Part shown: piece after piece, positions 22,713 through 33,829 of the stretch | Layout: each line of letters opens with the position of its first letter | Numbering within the stretch: position 1 is the first letter of the stretch | Source: Leptolyngbyaceae cyanobacterium | Lineage (GTDB): Bacteria; Cyanobacteriota; Cyanobacteriia; Phormidesmidales; Phormidesmidaceae | NCBI GenBank assembly: GCA_965263355.1 | Contig: CBDHHL010000025.1 | Location: 64,001-128,000 of the forward strand | Length of the DNA stretch: 64,000 bases | Reading direction: 5' to 3' | Program-made: the position numbers and the translations under genes | The notes under the pieces: generated by a model | Seen by the model: only the letters and a program-made list of their open reading frames with translations | Told to the model about the DNA's origin: nothing | Databases searched by the model: none

Positions 22713-25205
22713 CTACTTTGCATTAAGCATCACATACTCTGAAATCTTAGTAAATAATGTTTCAGCCTTAATCGGTTTCCAGAGCACATCATCACAACCA
22801 GCTGCTAAAAGGTCAGCATAGTTGTCCTGTAGTATACCTGCTGTGATTGCTAAAATTACCGGCTCTTCTTCATCCAACCAATTACTAAAACTCCCTTGAG
22901 GAGAATATTCAGTCCACTGTCCGCGCATACGGCGAGCCACCTCATAGCCATCAAAATCGGGTAAGTGAACATCTAGCAAGATTAAATGGGGTTGCCACTG
23001 TTTAAATACTTGCAATGCCGTGGTACCGCTAGCAGCCGTTTTGATTTTAAATTGAGCGTCTGTTAACCATTGGGCCAATAAGCGTTGATTATCCATTTCG
23101 TCATCAACAATTAGAATGCGATAATCTGTGGAGATATTAGGAATAGGACAGTGTTCTTCTGGTGATGATAAGTTTGGGTTAAGCGTAGATAGAGCGGTGG
23201 GCCGCAGTGGAATCTTAAAGAAGAACCGACTTCCTTGGCCATAAACGCTAGATACACCGATGGTGCCACCCATTAATTCAACACATTGGCGGCTCAGCGC
23301 TAACCCCAACCCTGTTCCTTTACCGATTTTTTTTCCTGATGTGGTTTGGACAAATGGCTTAAAGAGTAGCTCTATTTCATCTGAGGCCATGCCAGGACCT
23401 GTGTCTTCTACGACAAATTCTAAAAAGTCTTGGGTATCAGCATCAATTTGGCATTGGAGAGTGATATGACCGTTCTCTGTAAATTTGATCGCATTGCCGA
23501 CAAGATTAATAATGATCTGGCGTAGCTTTCCGCCATCAATCTCTATCCAGTGGGGAACAGTATCTGCCAATTTTATCTGTAGCTTTAAGTTTTTGGCAGT
23601 CACCTGAGCCTGAAACATTTGTTGGACATCGCTTAAAAGCTTAGGTAAATTAACTGATTCAATCGTTACTGTTGTTGAACCTGTCTCGATTTTGGAGAGT
23701 TCTAACACATTATTGATCAGGGCCAGGAGATGTTCTCCACAGCGGTTAATGGTCTCTACATAGTCTTTCTCATCAGCTAGCAAATTAGGAGAATTTTCCA
23801 GTAAATCTCCAAATCCTAAAATGGCTGTGAGGGGGGTGCGTAGCTCATGGCTAATATGGGCCAAAAACTTACTTTTGGCTTGATTTGCTAAATCAGCTTG
23901 TACCCGAGCTTGTTCCAGGGCTTGGTTTTGTTGTCGTAACTCTTGGGTGCGCGCCTGGACAGTTTGTTCTAGAATTTGTTTCTCCTGGCGGAGACGGTGC
24001 CAGACTAAGTAACCCTGGGCTACAACCCATGACCCACTGACTCCGACTAACGCTGGAATTAGCGGTAGCCAGTAGTTGCCCAAAAAGATTAAATACGTTG
24101 TGCCGACAAGTATGGTAACTAACCCAGGTAAGTGTAACCAGTATCGCCAGTTCAGCGATAACGCTCGATTACTAGCCACACCTAAGCTTGCCCAGAGTAA
24201 AACCCAGCCCCATTCTATTGACTCGGGTAATGGGTATAGAGGCGGTCGCCCTTCTAAAGCACTGGCAATGAGCTGAGCTGTGAGATTGGCATGGATTTCC
24301 ACTCCAGACCAGCTTTGAGCACTATTTAGCGAATAGGACGTATAGAAGCGATCGCCCCAATTGCTGTCTGCTTTTAGACCAATTAAGACAACCTTTTGCT
24401 CTAGTAAACCTGCGGGTATATTGTTGTCGAATACCGCCTGCATAGAGACTGTGGGCATTCCTTGGGCTGGTCGTAAATAGTTTGCCAGGATTTGGTACCC
24501 ACCAGCATCGACCTGGTAGTAAGCGCCAGCATTACTATGCAAGGGGATAAACTCAGTTAGACCAAGACGTATTCGTTCGCCGTCTAATGACTCAGGGACA
24601 ACCCCCGCTTGCTGTTTCAAGTACAGTAGGGCCAATGTTGTTCCCAGGGCAAACTTGGTTTGTTCGTTATGACGCAGTGATAGTAAATGACGTCGTACAT
24701 TACCATCACCATCTAGCACCAGGTCATTAAAGGCTACTTGGTCTAAGGCGGCTAGAGTGGGTGACGGTGCGATCGCAGTACTAGCACCCTCCCCCACTAC
24801 TTTTTCAATCCCAATTAGATTTGGCGTCGTGCGAAAAACCTGCTCCAGTTGGTCATGCCCTGGCTCAATCGGTAGGTCACGGTATAGATCTAACCCAATT
24901 GCCGCAGGCTGATGGGATTTGATTTGGGTCAATAGCTGCGCCAGTTTTTCATCCGTCAGGGGCCATGAGCCATTGACGGCAATATCATGGTCGTCAATGC
25001 TAACAATCACCACAGGTGGGGTGTATTGCTCTACTGGACGACTGCGAAACCACTGATCCAAGATGGCCCATTCTAAGATCTGTAATATCCCCAGACAATG
25101 AACGCCCCAGGTTAATGTAGTCACCCCCAAAGCAATGCCAATTAAGGCAAGTAGCGGAGATGAATTTTGCACGCCATCTCTATTGTTTGGAGATACGGAC
25201 CACAT
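22713..25205 (-). CDS. CHASE2 hybrid sensor histidine kinase (CHASE2-TM-HisKA-HATPase-REC)
   Basis: AIGLDLYRD, GVEIHA, SHELRTPL, NLVGNAIKFT, GTGLGL, C-terminal REC. Confidence 0.95.
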   Translation of the reverse strand: MWSVSPNNRDGVQNSSPLLALIGIALGVTTLTWGVHCLGILQILEWAILDQWFRSRPVEQYTPPVVIVSIDDHDIAVNGSWPLTDEKLAQLLTQIKSHQPAAIGLDLYRDLPIEPGHDQLEQVFRTTPNLIGIEKVVGEGASTAIAPSPTLAALDQVAFNDLVLDGDGNVRRHLLSLRHNEQTKFALGTTLALLYLKQQAGVVPESLDGERIRLGLTEFIPLHSNAGAYYQVDAGGYQILANYLRPAQGMPTVSMQAVFDNNIPAGLLEQKVVLIGLKADSNWGDRFYTSYSLNSAQSWSGVEIHANLTAQLIASALEGRPPLYPLPESIEWGWVLLWASLGVASNRALSLNWRYWLHLPGLVTILVGTTYLIFLGNYWLPLIPALVGVSGSWVVAQGYLVWHRLRQEKQILEQTVQARTQELRQQNQALEQARVQADLANQAKSKFLAHISHELRTPLTAILGFGDLLENSPNLLADEKDYVETINRCGEHLLALINNVLELSKIETGSTTVTIESVNLPKLLSDVQQMFQAQVTAKNLKLQIKLADTVPHWIEIDGGKLRQIIINLVGNAIKFTENGHITLQCQIDADTQDFLEFVVEDTGPGMASDEIELLFKPFVQTTSGKKIGKGTGLGLALSRQCVELMGGTIGVSSVYGQGSRFFFKIPLRPTALSTLNPNLSSPEEHCPIPNISTDYRILIVDDEMDNQRLLAQWLTDAQFKIKTAASGTTALQVFKQWQPHLILLDVHLPDFDGYEVARRMRGQWTEYSPQGSFSNWLDEEEPVILAITAGILQDNYADLLAAGCDDVLWKPIKAETLFTKISEYVMLNAK

Positions 25206-25902
25206 TTCCTACATCAACCCATGTCAGTTCCAGATCCGCCTGTTGAATCAGACGATCCCAGACCGCTTCAAACTCAGACGATAACGGATCAGTCTGAACT
25301 AATGGCAGCAGTGCTGTGAAGGCATCGTACCAATATCCAGTCCCCATGTATCGATTGACTTGGTCCAGGGGAGAAAGTGCCTGCAGCGCTTGTTGTTCCA
25401 TGGTGGATAAAGGCTGATGTTTGATCCACCCACCCACTACCCAGTCTTCGGTGCGACGGTTAGGGGTGCAAATAAATGCAGCTGTCCAGTAATAAGGCAC
25501 CCCGACTGACAGGGTAATGTACTCCGATAGATCAATCGTCGTAAAACTGTGGGCATCTGGACTGGGAATTTCAAACTGGGTGAGACCAGTTAGCTGTTGG
25601 TCAAACACACTAATCTCAATGGACTGTGCCTCATTAGTTGGTAGATAGAGCCATAGGTTAGGAGAGGCTTGACGCGTGAGGCCAATAAAGGGTTGAGGTG
25701 CTAGAGCAGTTGCCTTCAGTCCAGATGCCTCATCTAAGGTACAACTAGACCCGGTAGTCGGTCGGGAGCCTCCCCCCGCAGTAGAATGAGGTGCATTGCG
25801 TTCCGGCGGCGGTTCAAAGGGATTGGCCAGACTGGGTGATCTTTCACCCCCTAGACCGAGGAAACAGGCAAGGGCTACAGTAGCAAATTGCCGCATGCTC
25901 AT
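25180..25902 (-). CDS. DUF928 family protein
   Basis: Signal peptide, GGGSR, PNLWLYLP, YYWT..C, GYWYDA; overlaps the CHASE2 kinase start. Confidence 0.85.
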   Translation of the reverse strand: MSMRQFATVALACFLGLGGERSPSLANPFEPPPERNAPHSTAGGGSRPTTGSSCTLDEASGLKATALAPQPFIGLTRQASPNLWLYLPTNEAQSIEISVFDQQLTGLTQFEIPSPDAHSFTTIDLSEYITLSVGVPYYWTAAFICTPNRRTEDWVVGGWIKHQPLSTMEQQALQALSPLDQVNRYMGTGYWYDAFTALLPLVQTDPLSSEFEAVWDRLIQQADLELTWVDVGNVVRISKQ

Positions 25903-26013
25903 AAACTAAGTTCGCTATATTGCAAACTCAGTATACTCAGCAAAATTGACTAGAAATTCAGCCATCTAGCCCATTGGAGTCAGGGTTAACTCTGAGGTTT
26001 GAAAGGACTATGG

Positions 26014-27525
26014 CTACAATTTAGACGCGTGGGTGGTGTATTCAGCAATGATGGTTAGTAGGGTTTTGATGGACCAGGTTTTTAATGCGATCGCACGGGC
26101 TCCACGGTGAATCGCCACCAATTGTTCATCGGGCTGCTGAGACTCAATTACCATCAAGATAGGGACCTGATCGCCATAGTTACTCACCAATGCATCCAGC
26201 AAACTTAAATCCACATGCCGGTCAGCCTGAGACAGCTCTAGCAAAATAGCGGTCGGTGTTTCCTCTAGTAAATGGTTACTGATATCCAAGGGTGAACAAA
26301 TCTCAATTTGAAAGGGACCGTCTTGTCCCTGTTGCTGCAGGTCTTGGGCCCAAGCATGATCGCGGGTAGCGACCAAAACCTGAGGCAGTTTCATGGAGGG
26401 CAGACCAACCTGACATGATACTTTTGGAGAATCGATCATGTGCTGTCGCAGCAGATATTGCAATTTACTCACCTGGTCTTGCAATAGGTCCACCTCAGTA
26501 TTGCTCTCTACACAGCTGGCAGACAGTAACTCCTCGATATGTTTTGCTTGCAATGACGCTGCCTGAAACCTAAAACTACCCAGGGTTCCTTTGAGTTGAT
26601 GTGCGATCGCAATGGCCGCTTTGTAGTCAGGTCGCTGGCAAACTGACTGAGTTTGCTGCAAGCCATCGTCAGGAACAGATTGACTACAGGCATTTACCAA
26701 TGCTTCCAACCGAGACAACCGATGCCAGCTCATCATCTGAACCTGCTCCCAGGTTTCGTCGATAATGTCCTGGTTGGAATCTTCCAGAGCGTTATCCTCT
26801 ATCTCCAGAAGAGAATTGGGGGCATCACCAGCATTGTGACTGAATTCTGCCAAAAATGCTTGGTTAAGACGATAACCTTGACCGTAGACGGTTTCAATTA
26901 CATTATTCGCTCCAACCGCCTCTAAATGCTTACGCAGCGATCGGATATGGGATTTTACCGTTGCTTTTCCAGGGCAGTCAGACAGGTCCCATAGCTGATC
27001 CAAAATGCTATTGGGGGCAAACACTTGAGTCGGATAGCGCAGCATCAACTCCAAAATCGCTAGCTCTTTAGGTCGCAGCGATACAGGCCTTTCCAGAAAA
27101 GTCACTATCTGCGTACAGGTGTCAAACTGCAGCGCACCATAGCTGATAACGGCAGCGGTCACCTCAGAATTACGACGCAGCAAGGCGCGTACCCGTGCCG
27201 TCAGTTCATCCAGTTCAAACGGTTTGACCAAATAGTCATCTGCCCCCGCGTCTAATCCAGACACCTTATCACGCGTATCATCCTGTCCCGTCAGCATCAG
27301 GACGGGAGTTTGATTACCTTGCTTTCGCAAGGCTTGACAGACTTCAATCCCACTGAGTTTAGGCAGCATTAAGTCCAGCAAAATTAAGCTATAGGGACTT
27401 GCCTGGAGCAAATCCACCGCACATTCACCATCTGTAGCAATTTCAACGACATAGTTGTCCCGTTTGAGTCTACGACTGATCAGCTGGGTGATCTCCGTAT
27501 CATCATCAACAAGCAAGATTTTCAT
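26014..27525 (-). CDS. OmpR-type response regulator REC-wHTH-Hpt-pseudoREC
   Basis: LLDLMLP, GADDYLVKPF, IETVYGQGYRL, AHQLKGTLGSF; the last receiver lacks the phospho-Asp. Confidence 0.9.
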   Translation of the reverse strand: MKILLVDDDTEITQLISRRLKRDNYVVEIATDGECAVDLLQASPYSLILLDLMLPKLSGIEVCQALRKQGNQTPVLMLTGQDDTRDKVSGLDAGADDYLVKPFELDELTARVRALLRRNSEVTAAVISYGALQFDTCTQIVTFLERPVSLRPKELAILELMLRYPTQVFAPNSILDQLWDLSDCPGKATVKSHIRSLRKHLEAVGANNVIETVYGQGYRLNQAFLAEFSHNAGDAPNSLLEIEDNALEDSNQDIIDETWEQVQMMSWHRLSRLEALVNACSQSVPDDGLQQTQSVCQRPDYKAAIAIAHQLKGTLGSFRFQAASLQAKHIEELLSASCVESNTEVDLLQDQVSKLQYLLRQHMIDSPKVSCQVGLPSMKLPQVLVATRDHAWAQDLQQQGQDGPFQIEICSPLDISNHLLEETPTAILLELSQADRHVDLSLLDALVSNYGDQVPILMVIESQQPDEQLVAIHRGARAIALKTWSIKTLLTIIAEYTTHASKL

Positions 27526-28582
27526 ACGTTATGAACTCACTGATCGTTAATTGGGAACCGCTACTTTGTAGCAACCGACACCAAATCATTGCGTGCTACA
27601 GTCATCTTATCAGGGCAAATAATTTTTATTTAAAGACTTTGGTCTAAGTTTGACGAAATTCAGTAAATGTACTAGTGCCTTTCAGGCTTAAAAATCAAAA
27701 TATAAGACTGTAGAGAGTAAGGAGTGACGCCAAAATTAAGGCAATGCTCGCCTAAGGAAGGTAACCAACCTATTCTTGCTCCCACTTACTCACAACAAAT
27801 AACAACACTTTCTTACAGTTGGTTCTTGCAGCTTTTAAACGCTATGACTGTAATAGGTCTAAATGATCCGAGTCGGGATAATCCCAATGAGTCCATCCAA
27901 GCAACCATCGGCAAGGTAAATTTTTTATTTGATCATGACAACAATGACAATACTGCAATGACAATACTGCAGCATTGTTGAGAACACCTATAAGGGATGT
28001 GTTGGATATAGCTTATACGTATAAAAGCAACTTTTCTTCATAGCTAAATCCTTTATAAGCAAGGACTCTAGCCCATCCAAACTTCATGGTGCAAAAATTT
28101 TGTCGCGGAAATCGGTGTGATTTCTCTGACAGAGGTGAAAATTTTTGGCACGCCTGTCTAAAATCTGGACGATTTAAACGTTGTTGAGAAACGCGATCGC
28201 AACTTCTTCTTTTTAGATAGGTTGCGATCGCTTTTCCCTATCCTCACAAACACCTCATACTTATGAAAGTCATATAAATCAGTCTCATTACATATCAAGT
28301 TATCTTGTTTTCTTTACAAGAATCCTATCAATATATGAGATTTTGCAAAAAGAGCCTTTGTATCGCTAGTTACTATTGCGTAGAGATTCTAAGCTCTACT
28401 CAGGGACATACGACTAGATAATTAGCGATCTAGAATCTCATCTAACCATAGCCGCATCTTTAGCCGCTCTACCTTGTCGAGAATAGTCATTCAGTCGAGT
28501 CAAGCTAATGGATTTGGGCAAGTTTGCCATGCGCTATCAGGTTGTTGCTTGAGTCATTTAACAGTTATTCACTTAACACTTC

Positions 28583-31500
28583 ATGTCAGCCGATAATACT
28601 GTTCCTCAAGAGGGTCTGACTTCCCGTAGTATTGCATTTGTCGATAGTCATGTGGCTCAGGCAGATGGACTACTCCAAACGTTACAGGTAGACAATGTCT
28701 TCTTGCTCAATGACCAGTCCAATGGCATCGAGCAGATCACCCAGGTCCTGAGTCAATATACGGATCTGGAAAGTGTTCATATTTTTTCCCATGGTAGTCA
28801 AGGGGCACTCCAGTTAGGTAACACCCTCTTTAGCCAGACCAACCTCAATGACTATCAAGCCGAGTTAGAAAGTTGGCAAAATGCCTTTTCCAAAAACGGC
28901 GATCTCTTATTTTATGGCTGTAATCTTGCCGCCGCTGCTGATGGATTTGCGTTTGTGCAACAAATTAGTCAGCTGACCGAGGCCGATGTGGCGGCCTCTA
29001 ATGATGTTACTGGTCACACCAGCCTGGGGGGAGATTGGACGCTGGAGAGAACCATCGGTACTATTGAGGCTGCGATCGCAATAGACCAAGCCACCCAAGC
29101 AGCTTATCTGGGGCAGTTAGCTTTGATTGTGGGCACGGCAGGGGCTGACGGCCTGCTGGAAGGCACGGCAGGGAGTGACACCATAAATGGTCTGGGGGGT
29201 ATTGATGCCCTCGCAGGCAATGGTGGCGCAGATGTCTTTGTGCTGGGTGATGAAACCGGCGGTTTCTATGACCAGGCCCAGTTTAGTGACTATGCCGATA
29301 TCGTTGACTTTACCCTGGGAGAAGATATTATCCAGCTGAACGGTGTGCTAGGTGACTATACCTTCCAGACCGTTGGTAACAACACCTGGATCTACAAGGG
29401 ACCCGCCAGTGCTGGCGAACTGGTGGCAGATATCTTTAATACCAATGGTGCCGATATCACTGGCAGCATTGACTTTTTGGATGATGGTACGCCGCCACCG
29501 CCGCCGCCACCGCCACCACCACCACCGCCACCGCCGCCACCGCCGCCACCGCCGCCGCCAGGGAATACTATTCTGGGTACAGCAGGGTCTGACGGCTTGC
29601 TGGAGGGCACAGCTGGTGATGACACCATAAATGGTCTAGGGGGCATTGATGCCCTTGCGGGTAATGGCGGTGCAGATGTCTTTGTGCTAGGTAATGAAAC
29701 CGGCGGCTTCTATGACCAGGCCCAGTTTAGTGACTATGCCGATATCATTGACTTTGTGATAGGAGAAGATCGCATTTGGCTCAATGGAGTTATTGCGGAC
29801 TATACCTTCCAGACCGTTGGTAACAACACCTGGATTTATAGGGGACCCACTGGTGCCGGTGAACTGGTGGCGGATATCTTTAATACCAATGGTGCCGATA
29901 TCACTGGCAGCATCGACTTTTTAGGTGATGGTCCGCCGCCACCGCCCCCTGAGGACTCTACCTTTGCGTTACAAGATAGTAATACTGTCTTTGTCAATGA
30001 GGCAGCCGGTGTTGCCACTGTCACCGTTGTGCGTACAGGCGGAGTTCAGACACAGGCCACCGTGGAATATACCCTCAATGAACTGGGTGAAGATTCTGCC
30101 ACCGGTGATGTCGACTTTATCAGACCTACCTTTGACGGGCGGCCCAACACCGGTCAAATTGTTTTTGCACCGGGTGTAACTGAGGCATCATTTACTATTC
30201 CTATTGTGAATGACACCCTGATCGAAGCCAATGAGACCTTTGCCGTTGGTCTCCAGAACCCCACTGACGGAACCCTGGGGGCACCCCGCACAAAGCTGGT
30301 CACTATCGTAGATGACGATATTGCCCCAACCATCTCTCTGAGTCAGGCCAATCTCAATGTGGCAGAGTCTGATGGCACAGCAACAGTCACCGTCCAGCGG
30401 AGCGGCAATACGGATGTAACCGCGTCTGTTACCTACAGCACTGGTGGTGGCACCGCTACCTTTGGTCAAGATTACAGCGGCGCAACAACTGGTACCGTTA
30501 ATTTTGCAGTGGGTCAAACCTCCCAGACAATTGACATTCCTATTCTGGAGGATACCGTTGTCGAGGGGAATGAAACCTTTACTATTACCTTGGATGGTGC
30601 CACCAATGCCAATTTAGGTGAACAACTGACTACCACGGTGTCCATTCTCGATAACGATCTAGATCTGGGTAACTTAACGCGTACAACCGCTATCACTGGA
30701 TTTATTCAGCCCACCACACTGGATTGGTCATCGGACGGTCGCTATATGCTAGTGGCTGAAAAAGGTGGTGTAGTAAAGGTGGTAGACAATGGTGTCCTAC
30801 AGTCAACACCGTTGATTGATCTTTCGGATCAGGTCAATGGCACTCGCGATCGCGGCCTACTGGGACTGGCCATTCACCCCGAATTTCCCAGCAATCCCTA
30901 CGTTTACCTACTCTACACCTATGATCCACCGGAAACAGCCGGTAGAACTGGTCTGGGTGGCCCTGACGGCAATGGCAATCGGCCATCGCGCATGGTTCGC
31001 GTCACCGTTAATCCCAATACCATGGTGGCGGATCCCAACAGTTTAGTCGTATTAGCTGGCACCAACAGTACCTGGGAGTATACCAGCAGCCCCACTGGCA
31101 ATAGTACGGGGGACAATTCCATTGCTCCCTCTGGTATCGTCAATGGTACAACGATTACCGCACCGGCCAGTGAAATCGAGGCCGGGACTCAAGATAACGA
31201 TCCCAATCGCCCTGGTATTCAAAACCTAAATCTTCGAGACTACCTGGCCACAGACAGTGAATCTCACTCCATTGGGGATTTGGAATTTGGTGCCGACGGC
31301 TACCTGTACCTGACCAATGGTGATGGCACATCCTATAACTTTGTGGACCCTCGCACCGTCAGGGTTCAGGATAACAATAACCTGTCAGGTAAGCTGCTCC
31401 GCATTGACCCCATTACCGGTGAAGGGGTAGCCACTAACCCGTTCTATAATGGCGATGGTAACAGTAACCAGTCCAAGGTCTTTTACTCTGGGCTGCGTAA

Positions 31501-32737
31501 CCCGTTCCGGTTTGCCTTTGATCCGGTTACTAACTTACCTGTAATTGGAGATGTGGGTTGGAACTCCTTTGAGGAAGTCAACACTGGCCCCGCCGGTTCT
31601 AACTTTGGCTGGCCCTACATAGAAGGCCCTAATCCCACGGGTGGTTATAGAGATTTAGCGCAAGCGATCGCATTCTATAACAATGGCAATCGCAACAACC
31701 CAGGGGATGCGGCAGCCATAGTGCCGCTCCTGCCCCGTACCCATGGCGCGCCTGACAATGCCAATGCCATTGTGGTCGGTGACTTTTACAACAGCAACAC
31801 CCTTATGTTTGGGGATGTGAACAATGGCACGTTATATGCGGCGACGTTAGATAACAATCGCCAGGTCACCAATGTCCAGGTGTTTGATACCGGTGCCAAC
31901 TTTGTTGTGGATATGAAAATGGGGCCAGATGGCAAGCTTTATGGTGTGAATCTGGTGTCTGGTAGCATTTTGCGCTGGGAGCCCGACAATACCCCACCCC
32001 CCACAAATACCTATAACGGCAACACCTATGTGCTAACCAATGGCATCAAGGGTTGGGAACAGGCCCAGGCAGAAGCTGAGAGTTTGGGCGGTAATTTGGT
32101 GACCATCAATGATGCGGCAGAAGAAACCTGGCTAAAGCAAACCTTTGGGGATAGCGAAAAGTTCTGGATAGGGTTTAATGATCGACAAACCGAAGGTCAG
32201 TTTCAATGGGTGAGCGGTGAAGCGGTGACCTATACCAACTGGGCACCCAATGAACCCAATAACTTTGGCGGCGATCAAGACTTTGGCGTAATGAACTTTG
32301 CAGCATCACGTCAGTGGGATGATGAGAGTATAGGCGCTAACTTCCGAGGCATCATTGAGATTCCTAACTTTACCTACAATGGCAAGACCTACCGTTTAAC
32401 CAATGGTGCTAAGAGTTGGGAACAGGCTCAGGCAGAAGCTGAGAGTTTGGGCGGTAATTTGGTGACCATCAATGATGCGGCAGAAGAAACCTGGTTGCAG
32501 CAAACCTTTGGCAATACTGAACGCCTATGGATTGGCATTACCGATCGTCAAACTGAGGGGCAGTATAGATGGGTCAGTGGTGAAGCGGTGACCTATACCA
32601 ACTGGGCACCTAATGAACCCAATAACTTTGGAGGTGACCAAGACTTTGGCGTGATGAACTTCGGGTCGACTCGTCAATGGGATGATGATTCCACCAGTAC
32701 AACAGGAAATATCTTTAGGGGCATCATTGAGATCTAG
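28583..32737 (+). CDS. Large surface protein: DUF4347, 2x RTX-like modules with poly-Pro linker, 2x Calx-beta, PQQ glucose/sorbosone dehydrogenase-like propeller, 2x C-type lectin
   Basis: HIFSHG..YGCNLA..GGDWTLE; EANETFAV/EGNETFTI; GLLGLAIHP, GKLLRIDP, GLRNPFR, DVGWNSFEEVN; WIG..WAPNEPNN..WDD twice. Confidence 0.9.
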   Translation: MSADNTVPQEGLTSRSIAFVDSHVAQADGLLQTLQVDNVFLLNDQSNGIEQITQVLSQYTDLESVHIFSHGSQGALQLGNTLFSQTNLNDYQAELESWQNAFSKNGDLLFYGCNLAAAADGFAFVQQISQLTEADVAASNDVTGHTSLGGDWTLERTIGTIEAAIAIDQATQAAYLGQLALIVGTAGADGLLEGTAGSDTINGLGGIDALAGNGGADVFVLGDETGGFYDQAQFSDYADIVDFTLGEDIIQLNGVLGDYTFQTVGNNTWIYKGPASAGELVADIFNTNGADITGSIDFLDDGTPPPPPPPPPPPPPPPPPPPPPPPGNTILGTAGSDGLLEGTAGDDTINGLGGIDALAGNGGADVFVLGNETGGFYDQAQFSDYADIIDFVIGEDRIWLNGVIADYTFQTVGNNTWIYRGPTGAGELVADIFNTNGADITGSIDFLGDGPPPPPPEDSTFALQDSNTVFVNEAAGVATVTVVRTGGVQTQATVEYTLNELGEDSATGDVDFIRPTFDGRPNTGQIVFAPGVTEASFTIPIVNDTLIEANETFAVGLQNPTDGTLGAPRTKLVTIVDDDIAPTISLSQANLNVAESDGTATVTVQRSGNTDVTASVTYSTGGGTATFGQDYSGATTGTVNFAVGQTSQTIDIPILEDTVVEGNETFTITLDGATNANLGEQLTTTVSILDNDLDLGNLTRTTAITGFIQPTTLDWSSDGRYMLVAEKGGVVKVVDNGVLQSTPLIDLSDQVNGTRDRGLLGLAIHPEFPSNPYVYLLYTYDPPETAGRTGLGGPDGNGNRPSRMVRVTVNPNTMVADPNSLVVLAGTNSTWEYTSSPTGNSTGDNSIAPSGIVNGTTITAPASEIEAGTQDNDPNRPGIQNLNLRDYLATDSESHSIGDLEFGADGYLYLTNGDGTSYNFVDPRTVRVQDNNNLSGKLLRIDPITGEGVATNPFYNGDGNSNQSKVFYSGLRNPFRFAFDPVTNLPVIGDVGWNSFEEVNTGPAGSNFGWPYIEGPNPTGGYRDLAQAIAFYNNGNRNNPGDAAAIVPLLPRTHGAPDNANAIVVGDFYNSNTLMFGDVNNGTLYAATLDNNRQVTNVQVFDTGANFVVDMKMGPDGKLYGVNLVSGSILRWEPDNTPPPTNTYNGNTYVLTNGIKGWEQAQAEAESLGGNLVTINDAAEETWLKQTFGDSEKFWIGFNDRQTEGQFQWVSGEAVTYTNWAPNEPNNFGGDQDFGVMNFAASRQWDDESIGANFRGIIEIPNFTYNGKTYRLTNGAKSWEQAQAEAESLGGNLVTINDAAEETWLQQTFGNTERLWIGITDRQTEGQYRWVSGEAVTYTNWAPNEPNNFGGDQDFGVMNFGSTRQWDDDSTSTTGNIFRGIIEI

Positions 32738-32863
32738 GAAGTCCCTGTTTGATTTCCAATCATAAGTCTCCCATGGAGAAAACAAATATGGAAACTACTG
32801 CAACCTGCACTTGTGTGTACACAGTAGCCCTAATGGTACCAAGTTATTAAGTTCTAGTAAAAT

Positions 32864-32907
32864 TGCCATCTGTAGGGGTGTTGTATGCAAGCCTCCTACA
32901 GATGGCA
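32864..32907. repeat. REP-like hairpin / possible bidirectional terminator
   Basis: TGCCATCTGTAGG...CCTACAGATGGCA between convergent genes. Confidence 0.55.
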
Positions 32908-32997
32908 TTAAGTCACTTTAGAACGGTAACCAGGCTTTTCGTCAGTGAGTATTAAAAAGTACTACAGTGTGCCTCGTAGAATTTTCGAATTCTGTTA

Positions 32998-33126
32998 TCA
33001 TTTTTCACAGTCAGCTTTTCTCAAACCAACATCTTGAACTCGAAGTAAGTCAAGGTTTGGTTGACAAAGTCGCAAACCTCGAACAATGTCGCCATTAAAG
33101 TTTTCATCACTCAATAAACTCAACAT
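32998..33126 (-). pseudogene. Truncated DUF5615 PIN-like toxin
   Basis: MLSLLSDENFNGDIVRGLRLCQPNLDLLRVQDVGL then stop at 42 aa; directly downstream of DUF433. Confidence 0.75.
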
Positions 33127-33134
33127 ATTCGCTA

Positions 33135-33464
33135 TTAGGAATTCTGTTGAGATAGCAAACGTGAGCGAATGAGACTCAAATCGGGTTGAATAGCTGATAA
33201 GCGTTGCTGTACCAACTCAGCTAACTGCGCTCTTCGAGCCAGATAAGCTTCAACAGCATCTATATGCCGAAGGTAGTAGCCGATAGTATTGTAAACATCT
33301 GATAAAGATAACGCATCGTAATGATTGACAATGGATTCAGGGGAAGCGCCATCCTGGAATGCCCTGATTACAATTTCCAGTAAGACTCTTGAATTGCCAA
33401 CTCGAATTGCTCCAGTTTCATCCTCGTGAAGAGGAGGTGCCTCACGCTCTAAAACAAGACTCAT
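33135..33464 (-). CDS. DUF433 antitoxin-like protein
   Basis: IRVGNSRVLLE..GASPESI..LSLSDVY..YYL. Confidence 0.88.
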   Translation of the reverse strand: MSLVLEREAPPLHEDETGAIRVGNSRVLLEIVIRAFQDGASPESIVNHYDALSLSDVYNTIGYYLRHIDAVEAYLARRAQLAELVQQRLSAIQPDLSLIRSRLLSQQNS

Positions 33465-33829
33465 CGGCTAGATTCCATTCATCGCTTACATCATGATCGT
33501 AACTTAAACTTAGAAGTCTAGCCCTTTTTTCAAGAACCTTAAAATAAATAACAGCCCCACGATGGCTACCGAAGGTAAACGGGGAGTCTGCTCAAGGCAT
33601 GAGTAGACTCACGCCCTCTCTAGGCAATAGGCAGTTCGCTACGCTGGGCAGTGGAGGATGGCGTCTAGCTCGCATCTGCACTGAGGGGTTTTATGTGCAT
33701 GGGGTGGTGGTTGATCCGGTTCCCTGGCGCTTTGATGGTGTGGAATAGTGTTTTATAGTTCTAACGCTAAAATTTTGGGTCAAGCAGAGGTCTCTTCTTA
33801 GAAGAGGGCTCTGCTTAGAAGAGCTGCCG

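Noticed and set aside
27724..27981. 85-aa ORF in the regulator/surface-protein intergenic region
   Set aside because: No recognisable features; likely spurious in a long AT-rich regulatory region
28193..28232. Inverted repeat made of two HIP1 sites
   Set aside because: Mostly explained by HIP1 being palindromic and abundant
29352..29646. Poly-Gly and Arg/His-rich ORFs
   Set aside because: Alternative frames of the poly-proline linker
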